A stretch of DNA of 64,000 nt from a virus. Shown piece after piece: positions 26,652 to 37,555 of the stretch (its first letter is position 1; the number at the start of each line of letters is the position of its first letter). The translations under genes were made by a program, and so were the position numbers. Where the stretch lies: positions 1-64,000 of the IMG/VR virus record IMGVR_UViG_3300035698_026135. One strand, given 5' to 3'. The notes beneath the pieces were generated by a model that was not told where the DNA came from, searched no databases, and saw only the letters and a list, made by a program, of their open reading frames with translations.

Positions 26652-28478
26652 ATGGCAAAAAGTAGAAATTCAAAAATTATAAAATATTTCAATCTTGGAT
26701 TTGATGATTTCAAAAAAGATTTGAAAGATTTTTCTAGGATATATTTCCCAGATAGTTCGAAAGATTTGAGCGAAGCCTCTTCGGCACAAATGATGTTGGA
26801 GCAATCTTCTTACATCGGAGATGTCTTGAGCTTCTATCTTGAGAACCGATTTGCTAATTCTAACCTCTCGACCGCACGCGACCTCGACCAACTCTATATT
26901 CTTGCCCGAGACAGAGGGTATCCTATTGGTGGACCAACCGCCGCGACTGGCGAGACGAATTTTTATGCTGAAGTTCCTGCAACCACAGGCTCGCTCGGAG
27001 GGTATGTCCCCGACATGCGCTTTGCGCCCAACTTCAAGAAGGTTCAACTACAAAACACCAGCGGCATTGTTTTTGAAGCTCTGGATGATGTTAACTTCAA
27101 CGATGTGAATATATCCTCAAGTCTCGAATCCAGAGTTTCTCGAAGGACAGCTGCGGGATTGCCTTCGCACTTTGTGTTAAAGACGGCTCAAACGGTAGCC
27201 GCAGGCAAAACCATAACAGAGACGGTTACTATTGGTGACTTTAAGGCGTTCTATACTTTGGATATTAGCGAGCCTAACGTTTTAGATATCAAATCTATTG
27301 TTGATTCCGATGGCGATAAATATTACGAGGTGGAATACCTCGCAAATAAAACTATATTTGAAGGAGTCAAAAATCTAAGCGGAGATTCAAACCCGGTTCC
27401 CTATTCGCTAAAACTGAAGCCGGTACCAAGAAGATTTATCAAGAGGGTCAATCCCTCAACCGGCAAGACGACTCTTATATTTGGCTCAGGTAAAGAATCT
27501 GACATTGGCAACGCCTTTGTTCCAAACCCCGCAGATATAGCCCTGGATCTAAAGGGCAAGCTTACCTTCGCAGCCCCTTTTATTGATCCTCAAAACTTTT
27601 TAAAATCAAGAACACTAGGTCTCGCTCCGTATAATACCACCCTAACAATCAAGGCCCGAGTCGGCGGAGGAAAGATAACAAACACTTCAACTGGAGGCCT
27701 CAAGGATATTGTCAGCAAAGAACTTGAACTCGACACGTCGGCACTCGACCCCCGAGAGGTGAACAACACCCTTAGCTCTTTCTCTTCGGATAATGACAAA
27801 AGAATAACTGGAGGAAACGAAGCGCAAACAATAGAAGAAATAAGAGAAAACGCGGCCGCTTTCTTCGGAGCACAAGGACGACTCACTTCTCGCGAAGACT
27901 ATATTGCTCGGTCCCTCTCTCTCCCTGCAAAGTTTGGCCAGATTTTCAGAGTCTACCCAACAACAAATTGCACTCCCAACGGCGGTGTTCAACTGTACGT
28001 CATTGCAAAAGATGAAAACAATCAATTGATCGTGCCCCCAATAACCTTAAAGAAAAATTTGAAAACTTATCTCGCTCAATTCTCCAGGCTCAATCAAGGG
28101 ATTGATATCTTGGATGGAAGAATTATAAATATCGGTGTTGAATGGTCCATCGTTGTAGATCCAGACCTAAATAAGACGCAAGTGAAGTTGGAAACACTAC
28201 AGCTCGTCAAAGAGTTCTTTTCTGTCAGCAAATGGCAACTTAATCAACCAATATTTTTGGATGAAATTAGATGCCTGATAAAAGAAGTTGAAGGAGTTCT
28301 CTCAATATCAGAATTAAAAGTGGTAAATAAGAACAATTCAAGAGACGGAAATCAATATTCAGAACACGCTTATTCGATTGAAACAAATACAAAAAATGGT
28401 ATAATCTTCGCTCCCGAAAACGGAATGTTCGAAGTTAAGTTTCCAAATGGAGCCGACTTACGAGTTGGAGTGCTTTAA
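26652..28478 (+). CDS. gp6: Baseplate wedge protein gp6 / baseplate J-like
   Basis: FDDFK.DL..F....FP....D.SEAS...M.LE...YIGDVLSFYL; GG...QTIEEIR.NA...F.AQ.R..SREDY. Confidence 0.85.
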   Translation: MAKSRNSKIIKYFNLGFDDFKKDLKDFSRIYFPDSSKDLSEASSAQMMLEQSSYIGDVLSFYLENRFANSNLSTARDLDQLYILARDRGYPIGGPTAATGETNFYAEVPATTGSLGGYVPDMRFAPNFKKVQLQNTSGIVFEALDDVNFNDVNISSSLESRVSRRTAAGLPSHFVLKTAQTVAAGKTITETVTIGDFKAFYTLDISEPNVLDIKSIVDSDGDKYYEVEYLANKTIFEGVKNLSGDSNPVPYSLKLKPVPRRFIKRVNPSTGKTTLIFGSGKESDIGNAFVPNPADIALDLKGKLTFAAPFIDPQNFLKSRTLGLAPYNTTLTIKARVGGGKITNTSTGGLKDIVSKELELDTSALDPREVNNTLSSFSSDNDKRITGGNEAQTIEEIRENAAAFFGAQGRLTSREDYIARSLSLPAKFGQIFRVYPTTNCTPNGGVQLYVIAKDENNQLIVPPITLKKNLKTYLAQFSRLNQGIDILDGRIINIGVEWSIVVDPDLNKTQVKLETLQLVKEFFSVSKWQLNQPIFLDEIRCLIKEVEGVLSISELKVVNKNNSRDGNQYSEHAYSIETNTKNGIIFAPENGMFEVKFPNGADLRVGVL

Positions 28479-29830
28479 TGTTTAAGATTTTATACGCAAA
28501 TAAAGACAATACCATCACAGATGTCTCCTTGGACGGAAACTCTCCAAAAACCGGATCAAACCAGGGGAAGTCGGAGGTTCTCGAACTCTACGTTCTGCCG
28601 TTTGCAAGCGGGTCTGACGTAGGTATAAGCAGAATATTGATGCAATTTGATCTTTCCGATCTCTCTCAGTCAATTGTGGACGGTGACACCCCCTCTTCTG
28701 GAGTTCAATATATGATGAGGCTCATTGATGCCCCTCATGCCGAAACTCTGCCTACATCCTTCGATATTGAAGTCTATCCCCTGAGTAGATCTTGGGACGA
28801 AGGAATTGGCCTCTCCAATTTCGACGAAAACCTTCAGGATGGCGGGTATTCCAACTGGATGAACGCAACCTCCCTCGTATCTTGGACTCTCACTGGCTCT
28901 GATTACATTGCGGGTGAAGTCTCAGCATCTCAACACTTCGACGGAGGAGAGGGAGACCTATATGTTGACATGACAAATGTTGTTTATGCATGGCTCACAG
29001 GAGGGATGACAAATAACGGCATCGTAATAAAATATTTGGACGCTCACGAAGTTGGCGGCAATAAACTCTTCACTAAAAAGTTTTTCTCAACCCAAGCACA
29101 CGTATTAGGTCGTCATCCACGACTTGAGGCAAGGTGGAACGGATTCAAACAGGACGATCGAGACAACATAAAATACGGAACGAGCGGATCCCTTTTCTAT
29201 TATAGAATGATAAATGGCTCCCCTGAAAACGTCGCCGGCCCCCTATTTGTTGACATCTTCAATTCCAGCAGTGCCGTCGTTCAAACGATAACTTCTTCTC
29301 TGTCAGAGCAAGGAATCTATGAAGCCTCCGGAGTTTTCGTAAATTATACTGGATCAACTCAAATCTACAGAGATGTTTGGTTCACGGCTGCGGACCAAAT
29401 TTTTACTGGCAACTTCGCACCGACATACGCCTCAGGTTCAGATTGTATAAATTGCGACGATATTAATGTTAGCATTCCAAATCTTAAGAGTGAATATATC
29501 CAAGGAAACAAGAGCTTGATAAGAGTTTTTGCACGCCCGAAAGACTATCGTCCAGCAATAAGAAGCAGTGGCAGCATGGAGAACTTTCCAACGTTCCTAA
29601 AGGATGCCTATTATGAGGTCGTAAACGAAAAAACAAACAAAGTCCTCGTCCCCTTCTCGACAGGTAGCGTAAAATTCTCCAAACTCTCTTATGATTCTTC
29701 TGGAAATTATTTCGAGCTAGATACTTCAAATCTACTTCCAGGCGACCTGTATAGAATTAGAATTTTAGCAAACTATAATAAACAATCTCTCATTTTCGAT
29801 AAAAAGAACTGGGTAATCAAGGTTTCATAA
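28478..29830 (+). CDS. Virion baseplate-associated structural protein
   Basis: SRILMQFD, SWDEG.G, N.GIVIK, P.LE.RW; 8 [ST]GS tripeptides; follows gp6. Confidence 0.65.
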   Translation: MFKILYANKDNTITDVSLDGNSPKTGSNQGKSEVLELYVLPFASGSDVGISRILMQFDLSDLSQSIVDGDTPSSGVQYMMRLIDAPHAETLPTSFDIEVYPLSRSWDEGIGLSNFDENLQDGGYSNWMNATSLVSWTLTGSDYIAGEVSASQHFDGGEGDLYVDMTNVVYAWLTGGMTNNGIVIKYLDAHEVGGNKLFTKKFFSTQAHVLGRHPRLEARWNGFKQDDRDNIKYGTSGSLFYYRMINGSPENVAGPLFVDIFNSSSAVVQTITSSLSEQGIYEASGVFVNYTGSTQIYRDVWFTAADQIFTGNFAPTYASGSDCINCDDINVSIPNLKSEYIQGNKSLIRVFARPKDYRPAIRSSGSMENFPTFLKDAYYEVVNEKTNKVLVPFSTGSVKFSKLSYDSSGNYFELDTSNLLPGDLYRIRILANYNKQSLIFDKKNWVIKVS

Positions 29831-29836
29831 AAAGAC

Positions 29837-32800
29837 ATGTCAATCTTTAAATCGTTCGATCCTTCTTTTTTTAAGGAGTTCAAATCATCAACTCGCGAAG
29901 GCTATGATGATATTGCTGCTGACGGAGAAGAGATAGACAAAATCCAGTTTGAGATTAGCGAGAGCAATAAGCTAATGAAGCTCCGGGTGGACTACTCAGA
30001 CTTCGCTAATCATATCTTTTTTGGCTCCGCATACGCTGCGGTGAACTTTTCTTTATCGAGGATGTTAAATGACTATCCTGTCGATGGGGAACTGAAAGAA
30101 AAGAACGAATGGAAAAGAGTTTCCTCTGGGTTTGAAGAGCATTTTTTCAACGAATTTCCAAAACAACAAGGAAATTTATTTCTTGTTAGCGGTTCGGCGA
30201 CGGACACCTGGCTTGAGATTGAAGATCACGAGCATATCATGCGTCCCAATACGTCTTCGTTTGCATTCGATGCCGTCATAAAACCTCATGAAGACATCAC
30301 TTCAGATAACGCAATCTTTTCTTATCGAGAGCCGGACGGCTCCGAGGGTTTTTGGTCCTTTTTAAACACAGATAAAGAACTCAATTTCGTCGTTGCCAAT
30401 GGCGCCGTTTCTTCAATTTTAACAGCCAGCTATCACAACTTTGTCAGTGGCGCCCACTCCGTATCTTTCGTCTTTGATGCAATCGCCCAACAACAATTTA
30501 TTTATATTGACGGCATAGTAGAGAGTTCAAGGTCTGCTGGTGTAACAACGGGAGAAATCAATATTCCCCACAAAAAGTTTTACATTGGGGCCATGTCTGC
30601 TTCGGTATTCGGCTCTTATTATTCCGGAGCGATTGACGACTGCAGAATTTGGGTCGGCCCAACTAGAAAATCAGAGCTTGTAAAAAGAAATTATTACAAA
30701 CCTGTCCACGCAAATTTCTCTGGCGGGCTAAAGGGATATTATAAATTCAACGAGCCACTAGAAGCAGGTAGTGTTGCAATAGATTATTCCGGATATGCAA
30801 ATCACGGAAGTCTGACCGGCGCATTCGACCATTCTACCAACATTATTTCCGGAACCCTCGGAGCATGGTTTAAGGATTCTGGAGATCCTATCTTTGCTCT
30901 CAACAATTCCAGGGTTGATAGTTTCCTCACGGCACAGAGGTTCACTGGATCTCTTTATGACCGCAACAACAACAATTTTATATACAAGTTAATACCTTCC
31001 TTTTTTATAGACGAAGGAGACGAACATGAAGATATGCAAAGATTTCTTCTGTTGGTCGCGCGTCATTACGATCGACTAAAGCTTTATATTCAACACCTAT
31101 CAAATGTCTATAATACCGACCAGTCAGATTACAATAACACGCCAGACGAACTGATTAATCTTGTTGCCAAAAATTACGGCATGGACTTAGGCAATGTGTA
31201 TGCAGGTGCAGGTGCTTTGGAATACTTCTTTGGAGAGGAGGTTCTGCCGTCTGGCAGCTTGGACTCTTCACTGCAACAAATAAGAAATCAACTTCGAAGA
31301 AATCTCTTAACAAATCTAACGTATATTGTAAAAACCAAGTCGACCCGCGAAGCGATCGAGTCCTCGTTGCGTGCAATGGGCCTTGATGATTCTTTGATCA
31401 ATATAAACGAATATAGCACATTCTCTGGAGGTATAACAACCGCATTCGCACAGAAGAGCGTAGAGAGAAGGGTTGCAAATTTCGCCACATCATCAATCGT
31501 TTATGCAAAAAGCGAGAACTTATGGTCTTCAGGATCGAATCCCGATGTCTCCTATGAAACAAGAGTTCTTTTTAATACTGGATCTTCCCACCTAACTTCT
31601 TCGGTGTTCTCTTTTCAGTCTGGATCCAACAGGAGTTTGTATCTAGAGGTCGAAAGGGAAAATTTAACCTCCTCGACCGGTATTGCGAAACTATATTTTA
31701 CCACAGGAGCCGCAGCTGATGGCATAATTTTATCGTCAAGCGCCGCATCATTTTTTGATAATAACTGGGTGAACTTCGGCGCAAAACTTGAAACCACCGC
31801 CACTACAACGACGGTGACAAGTTTTTATGCAAACATTTTAGATCGCGACGAAATAAGTCTTTCTGAATCTATCTCTGGAACTTATATCCATGGATCAGAA
31901 GCGAGTTTTACAACAGGTGCGTTTGGAAACCGTGCCGACGTATCTCCTGACAGCTTCTTTGATGGTAAAATGCAAGAAATCAGAGCATGGTCGGGGCTCC
32001 TGTTGGACGAAAACTTCACGGCACACGCTAGAGATTTTGATTCTTTGGAAAATCCTGATTTTGCCGAATATCAAACAAAACTATCTTCGCATTATAAACT
32101 CGCCGACTTTACGTCCTCGACCTCAGGCGGCGGACCAATTCACGATTATGCAAACGGAGAAGCCGGAGCCACATATGAGGGATTTTCGTCAAGCGCAGCT
32201 TTTAATTTTCCCGGCCTCTACATTGATAAACTTGAGCCTTCATACTCTTATGATTTGGCAATCAATAACGACAAGATAAGAATAAGAGATAGAGACAATT
32301 TCACAAAACAAGACATAATAAGAGATATACCGTATGTGTCCGTTGATATATCTCCTGTAGCATCCCTAAACAAAGAGATAATTAAATGGTTTGGAGATCT
32401 AGAAAAGTTTAGCAATCTCATAGGCAAGCCGTATCTTCGCTATCGAGAGGAGGTTGATACCCTCAACAGCTTGAGATATTCCTTTTTTGAAAATAGACTA
32501 AATTCAAAAATTGATTTTGAATCCTATTTCAATGTACTGAAGTGGTTTGATTCAAATTTCACCTACTTCCTGAAACAGCTTATACCTCTAGATTTGATTT
32601 CAAGTCTTTCTAGTTTTGTTGTTGAGTCGCACCTTCTTGAATACAATCAGGTTCCTCGTATATTTCCGTTCAAGAGAAGGAATAACTCCTTTGATCTCAC
32701 AGGCGCCATAAGCGCCCAACCACTGCTTGATATAGCGCTCACAGCCGACGACCTACCCTTTGCGGACCCAGGCCGCTACGGAGCTGCTGTGAGCGCCAGT

Positions 32801-34033
32801 GGCGAGTTTGTGTCTGAGCTATTGTTTGATACAACTTCCTCTGTCTCGGGAGCCAGAGGAATATCGTTCAATAATCGTATGATAAGAAAGATTTGTACGG
32901 ACATGATGCAAGCGGACTCTGCATCCTCTTCCCCTCCGGGTTATGGTAACGGATTTTATACTCTCACCATTACTGGGTCTGAATATGAAAAAAATACTTA
33001 TAGTGCGATAGAAAATTTTCACATTTCCGGGGTCAACCATGGCGGCGCAGTCGGCGCGCATCCGGAATACCTCCACATGATGACGGCACCTATTAATACC
33101 CACTATACCGGAGCGATCAATGGAGTATTCGATCAAGGTTGGCTATGGACAGAAGCTTTATATAGCGAATTCTCAGCCAGCAACGTTTACATCCGTCCGG
33201 CCTTGGAGAACAGGTATTTCTCAGGAGCAGGGTATCCCTTCGCCGCTCTCCCAAGGGGTATTAAATACGGCGGCGCCTGGGGTCAACTTTTCTCCTTTAG
33301 TCAAAAGGGAGCACACTCTGTTTTTACGACCTTTAGTGGCACAGAAGGCGGGTCATCCAGCCAAACTAAAAGTTTTACAAATGTAAATTTTGTATCAAAC
33401 GCCAAGAATCCCACTTCAACAATAAGGGTAAGAGAGTCGTCAGAAGATTATAAAGAATTTATTCTTTGGCCTAACGAAGAGACCCATGAGCCCATTCTCA
33501 TCAAAAAGGTCGGCGCACTACAAACCGGATCTATTTCAACGACCGACATAACGGGAAAGGAGGTTTTAAAAGAGGCGAGTTTCCTAGGGAGCACGATAGA
33601 AACGGAAGGATTTAGAGATTTCTCTCTAAGTATTCTTGGGAAAAATCTTTGGGCGGATGACAGTCAAAAGATAGTCTTCAAAGTTAAATACCAATTTTAC
33701 GACACCCTTGGCGGAATCAATCGCTTCGAGGCGATATCGTCAGGCTCCATTGTTGTTGCGACTGGAGACGAAGATGACATTCTTGCCAAAACGACTGAAA
33801 TCGAACACGAATATTCCCTGGCCTACAGTGGAGCTTTAGATAAACAAAATGAGTTTGTTTTGCAGACCAATAGAAATATACCTTCAACAAAATATATGAG
33901 AACATTTATTAGAGTCGAATATCCCGACAATGCAGCCACAGAGTGTGGATATAAGATTAAGATTGTCGGCCGCCTAAAAAAGAATTTAGATCCATCAAAC
34001 GATAAGGTTTTTACACTACTGGAAAATAAATAA
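29837..34033 (+). CDS. Large baseplate wedge protein (gp7-like) with LamG/concanavalin-like domains
   Basis: VDYSDF.N..FFGSA; IYIDG..E and YSGAIDDCRIW..L.GYYKFNE; K.TR.AI...LR.MG; FFDGKMQEIRAW. Confidence 0.7.
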   Translation: MSIFKSFDPSFFKEFKSSTREGYDDIAADGEEIDKIQFEISESNKLMKLRVDYSDFANHIFFGSAYAAVNFSLSRMLNDYPVDGELKEKNEWKRVSSGFEEHFFNEFPKQQGNLFLVSGSATDTWLEIEDHEHIMRPNTSSFAFDAVIKPHEDITSDNAIFSYREPDGSEGFWSFLNTDKELNFVVANGAVSSILTASYHNFVSGAHSVSFVFDAIAQQQFIYIDGIVESSRSAGVTTGEINIPHKKFYIGAMSASVFGSYYSGAIDDCRIWVGPTRKSELVKRNYYKPVHANFSGGLKGYYKFNEPLEAGSVAIDYSGYANHGSLTGAFDHSTNIISGTLGAWFKDSGDPIFALNNSRVDSFLTAQRFTGSLYDRNNNNFIYKLIPSFFIDEGDEHEDMQRFLLLVARHYDRLKLYIQHLSNVYNTDQSDYNNTPDELINLVAKNYGMDLGNVYAGAGALEYFFGEEVLPSGSLDSSLQQIRNQLRRNLLTNLTYIVKTKSTREAIESSLRAMGLDDSLININEYSTFSGGITTAFAQKSVERRVANFATSSIVYAKSENLWSSGSNPDVSYETRVLFNTGSSHLTSSVFSFQSGSNRSLYLEVERENLTSSTGIAKLYFTTGAAADGIILSSSAASFFDNNWVNFGAKLETTATTTTVTSFYANILDRDEISLSESISGTYIHGSEASFTTGAFGNRADVSPDSFFDGKMQEIRAWSGLLLDENFTAHARDFDSLENPDFAEYQTKLSSHYKLADFTSSTSGGGPIHDYANGEAGATYEGFSSSAAFNFPGLYIDKLEPSYSYDLAINNDKIRIRDRDNFTKQDIIRDIPYVSVDISPVASLNKEIIKWFGDLEKFSNLIGKPYLRYREEVDTLNSLRYSFFENRLNSKIDFESYFNVLKWFDSNFTYFLKQLIPLDLISSLSSFVVESHLLEYNQVPRIFPFKRRNNSFDLTGAISAQPLLDIALTADDLPFADPGRYGAAVSASGEFVSELLFDTTSSVSGARGISFNNRMIRKICTDMMQADSASSSPPGYGNGFYTLTITGSEYEKNTYSAIENFHISGVNHGGAVGAHPEYLHMMTAPINTHYTGAINGVFDQGWLWTEALYSEFSASNVYIRPALENRYFSGAGYPFAALPRGIKYGGAWGQLFSFSQKGAHSVFTTFSGTEGGSSSQTKSFTNVNFVSNAKNPTSTIRVRESSEDYKEFILWPNEETHEPILIKKVGALQTGSISTTDITGKEVLKEASFLGSTIETEGFRDFSLSILGKNLWADDSQKIVFKVKYQFYDTLGGINRFEAISSGSIVVATGDEDDILAKTTEIEHEYSLAYSGALDKQNEFVLQTNRNIPSTKYMRTFIRVEYPDNAATECGYKIKIVGRLKKNLDPSNDKVFTLLENK

Positions 34034-34272
34034 TGGCATTCCTGGACCCAAAAGAAGAACTATTAAAAATAATACTAACTGACTACGGAAGAAAAAAGCT
34101 TTCGATGGGCGGCCTGGATATTAAATACTATGCCTTTGCTGATGATGAGGTAGATTATACTAATCGCGACACACCTTTAGTCCCAGGCTCAATATTATAT
34201 GCCTCTCTCGCTAATGATGAGGGCGAAGTTTTGATGAATGATGAGGGAGAAATAATTTACGTTATTATTTAA
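34033..34272 (+). CDS. Small structural protein, paralog of the N-terminus of 40324-41040
   Basis: MAFLD....ILTDYGR.KL....IKYYAFADDEVDY. Confidence 0.7.
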   Translation: MAFLDPKEELLKIILTDYGRKKLSMGGLDIKYYAFADDEVDYTNRDTPLVPGSILYASLANDEGEVLMNDEGEIIYVII

Positions 34273-34277
34273 TATAA

Positions 34278-34916
34278 ATGGCAAACAATGAACTAACAGG
34301 CTCCGAAACTCATAGATTTTCAAGCATTCATCAAAATTGGCTTATTTTTGAGCCGATGTCTGCGCACGAAAATTCTTTAAATAGTCGTCTCTATACGGTT
34401 CCACTCGGACAAACCAAGAAGCCCGAGCTATACATCTCTACTGGCTCTGTCTCTAGTGTGTCGGGAACAATAACAATAGAGAAAGATATTCATATTTTTG
34501 ATGATGAAGGAGAGGCCGTTGAATTTTTGTCAGAATTAGGAGAGGATTCGATTGCGTCCTATAAGGAGACTAAGGTTTCCGACAAAATAAATGGAGACGT
34601 TGTGCTTTTTGAGATTCACGTTATAAATTATCCGGTAATCGAGTTTGATCTAAATTTTCGAGAGAGGGATGTAGAGAAAGGTTTTGTCGTCGAGCCTTTC
34701 AGAAGCGGAAGCATTTTTGATACAGGCGAAATTGTTAGTTTAGAGCCGGTAACCAGAGAGCTTAATTTTGACCAACAAGGCCGCCTAATTACAGATACAT
34801 ATTTGAGATTTTTTTCAATCACAACCGACGAAGATAACGAAGTGGAAAATACCACAAAGCCTACTGAAAATGTTGACGACGACGAACGAATATCTGATAC
34901 CGATGGGGCACTATAA
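34278..34916 (+). CDS. Structural protein (hypothetical)
   Basis: 212-aa acidic ORF with 3 [ST]GS; LIFEP....SLNSRL resembles the segment following DDEIDY in 40324-41040. Confidence 0.6.
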   Translation: MANNELTGSETHRFSSIHQNWLIFEPMSAHENSLNSRLYTVPLGQTKKPELYISTGSVSSVSGTITIEKDIHIFDDEGEAVEFLSELGEDSIASYKETKVSDKINGDVVLFEIHVINYPVIEFDLNFRERDVEKGFVVEPFRSGSIFDTGEIVSLEPVTRELNFDQQGRLITDTYLRFFSITTDEDNEVENTTKPTENVDDDERISDTDGAL

Positions 34917-36448
34917 TGAGTATTTTTGATGTCGCTGGAGCACTGAGCAAAAAGAGGGAATCTAAGACCCCAAAAATTAATACCTTTTCTGTCCAAAGGA
35001 ACCTTACGTTCAGGGGATATAAATGCACTTTGAATTGGGAGTCTGACGACAGGAGAATTGTAGGATTTAGAGTTTATAGATCTCGCTCGCAAAAAGTGAT
35101 GCTCAACAGAAGTTATAAAATATCTCAGCTTGCACTAGAAAGGCTATCGACAGTCAAGGCATTTGCCTTGCCGAATTCGACTCTGTTTGACAAGCAGATA
35201 TTTAGCCAAAACTCAAAACTAAAGTTCGAAAACTCTAAATCTACACGATATACAAAGCCAGATGAAGATAATAATGCCAGAGCACACGAATATGAAGAAG
35301 TTGGATTCGTGAAGAGGTCTTCGGACGGAGTTTATACATTCGAAGACAAAAGAGTGAAGTTTGGAGAGACCTACTGCTATGTGATATCGGCCATCGGCCT
35401 ACAAGGCTTTGGTTCGGAGAAGTCTAGTCCAGTTACCGTGAGAATAGAAGATCTAGATTTCCCAGACGCCCCAGCAAACGTCGTATTGACAGAAGGAGCA
35501 GGGAGCATACAGATTGAAATCTGCTCAGAGACAACCGCAAAAGATGTTGAATATTTTGATATATATAAGAGAGACGCAACAGGAAAGGAAGACTTTAAAA
35601 GCATAGGGAAAGTTAAGCTTGGAGGCACTTCCGTCTCCCTGTTTATAGATTCCGAAATTCTCCCAGGCAAGAGATATGAATATAAAATTTATTCCGTTGA
35701 CCTCTTTGGCAACTTCTCTTTGACTGCCAAACAAAACAATGCAAGCTATTTGGGAAACCTAGAAAGAAGGTTGGATATTCCAAATCCGAAATATAAAATC
35801 AGCATTGACTCAATTGGAAATGTTATTTTTTCCGGAGAGAAAAATAGTGACAAAATTATCGGCTATAGAATAGAGAGAAAGGATGCCTGGAGATTTCAAC
35901 AACGTTTTGAATCTAAAACATTGCTCCAAAAGCCGTGGCCATCCGTTGTCAAATTTGACGAAAACGGAGAGATGGAATTTGTTGACAATCGAGCACAACA
36001 AGGCCGAGCCTATCAATATAGAATATCTTCAATAAAGAAAAACGGCCGCCCGGCAACATTCTCTATTACGCCACACATCAGAATAGAGGATGGATATCAA
36101 TTCCCTCCCAGCGGCAGCGCAGGAATCCAAGAGACCGGCGAAGTGGAATTTACAAGACTTAAGGCTAACGCTGTAGAGACCAAACAAAATCCAATATATA
36201 CAAAGCTGCAATGGGAAATAAAAGGAAGTTGGGAATATTTACTTCTAGAAATAAGAGATGCAAAATTGGATCCAGACCCAAATCCCAAAATTGTCAAGAT
36301 AGACAATATAACAGAGAGAAATTTTGTTTTTATCAACAGTCTCAATAGAGATAGGCAATATATCCTAACGGCTAAGATATATGATGTTTTTGATAATCTG
36401 GTTGGAGAATCAAGCTCTCCTATGAATAGAGTGAGGATATCAATATAA
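34916..36448 (+). CDS. Fibronectin type III-like repeat structural protein
   Basis: Repeated GFRVYRS / FEDKRVKFGETYCY.ISA / FIDSEILPGKRYEYKI / FVDNRAQQGRAYQYRI. Confidence 0.7.
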   Translation: MSIFDVAGALSKKRESKTPKINTFSVQRNLTFRGYKCTLNWESDDRRIVGFRVYRSRSQKVMLNRSYKISQLALERLSTVKAFALPNSTLFDKQIFSQNSKLKFENSKSTRYTKPDEDNNARAHEYEEVGFVKRSSDGVYTFEDKRVKFGETYCYVISAIGLQGFGSEKSSPVTVRIEDLDFPDAPANVVLTEGAGSIQIEICSETTAKDVEYFDIYKRDATGKEDFKSIGKVKLGGTSVSLFIDSEILPGKRYEYKIYSVDLFGNFSLTAKQNNASYLGNLERRLDIPNPKYKISIDSIGNVIFSGEKNSDKIIGYRIERKDAWRFQQRFESKTLLQKPWPSVVKFDENGEMEFVDNRAQQGRAYQYRISSIKKNGRPATFSITPHIRIEDGYQFPPSGSAGIQETGEVEFTRLKANAVETKQNPIYTKLQWEIKGSWEYLLLEIRDAKLDPDPNPKIVKIDNITERNFVFINSLNRDRQYILTAKIYDVFDNLVGESSSPMNRVRISI

Positions 36449-37554
36449 TGGCCTATTTCCCCTTACGTTATGCCTCTCTATATTCTTCTACTCTATACAA
36501 AAAGGCGGCGACAGTAAACAACGTCACCGTGGCGCAAAAAGCCACTGTCTCAACGACCCTCGCTAAAGCTTTCCCGACCGTGTTATTAACACAGATGCTC
36601 AGTGCCGCACCTAGTCTCACTCCCGTTCTCTCGAAACCCGGTGGTACAACCGCAGCCATTACGTCTCCAACGACTGCAACTGCAATCTCTCCAGTTCGTT
36701 TTTTCAGCGGAATAAATGCCGCAGCGACCGCCACCGCACCACTCCAAAACATTCAAGCTGCAACCACAACCGCAACCGCAGCCATCAAGACTTCGACCGC
36801 TGCGAACATGATTCAAATGCCGTCCGCAGGCGTACTAGAGGCACACAACCAAAAGCTCGGAGCAAAAACAGGTGGTCATTCTCTACTTTTTACTTCAGGA
36901 AAGAAGAATGGCGGCATCCTCACCAAAGAAGAGACGGGGAGTCTTTTTGATTTTTCTAAAAAGAAGCCCTCAAACAAGATTCAGATTTCAACAGATGTAC
37001 TCCTTGACACTCGCGAAGCTAAATCTGTTGAAAGGGGAGCCCCGGAGATCCCCCCAGAAGAAAAGGAATTCCAAAGCGACCCTCCAGAGATGAAACTCGC
37101 CGAGAACGAAAAACCCAGAATTTTATCTATTATCGAAGAAAATTTCCGCGACAATGGAGTTCCAGAAAAGATTGTTTTGGTAGTTAAAAAACTCTTCGTT
37201 GGCAAAAAATGGATACCTAAAGGGTATAGGATATTGAAAAAATCTGTCTTCACAGATGAGGATTACACCGAAATCGCACGCCTTGAAGCTAGCCAACCAA
37301 TACCGCAAAGATACCGCAGAACAATTAAAGATGCCGGCCTCAGTATTGAGGACGTCTTCCTCTATGTGGACAACAATATCGAGTCAGGCCAGGTATATGC
37401 CTATAAAATAAGGGCAGAATACGAATCGGTAGCAGAATTAGTTACAGACTTTGTGGTTGCAAACATTACCGCCAATATTGGACTCAACACGTTCAATCTT
37501 CTTCAATTAACTCAGGCTCAACAGGCCGCAGAAAGCAAGAGAATACTTAGATAA
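36448..37554 (+). CDS. Structural protein with a Thr/Ala-rich N-terminus and an FN3-like C-terminus
   Basis: T/A-rich residues ~15-120; YVDNNIESGQVYAYKIRA. Confidence 0.6.
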   Translation: MAYFPLRYASLYSSTLYKKAATVNNVTVAQKATVSTTLAKAFPTVLLTQMLSAAPSLTPVLSKPGGTTAAITSPTTATAISPVRFFSGINAAATATAPLQNIQAATTTATAAIKTSTAANMIQMPSAGVLEAHNQKLGAKTGGHSLLFTSGKKNGGILTKEETGSLFDFSKKKPSNKIQISTDVLLDTREAKSVERGAPEIPPEEKEFQSDPPEMKLAENEKPRILSIIEENFRDNGVPEKIVLVVKKLFVGKKWIPKGYRILKKSVFTDEDYTEIARLEASQPIPQRYRRTIKDAGLSIEDVFLYVDNNIESGQVYAYKIRAEYESVAELVTDFVVANITANIGLNTFNLLQLTQAQQAAESKRILR

Positions 37555-37555
37555 G

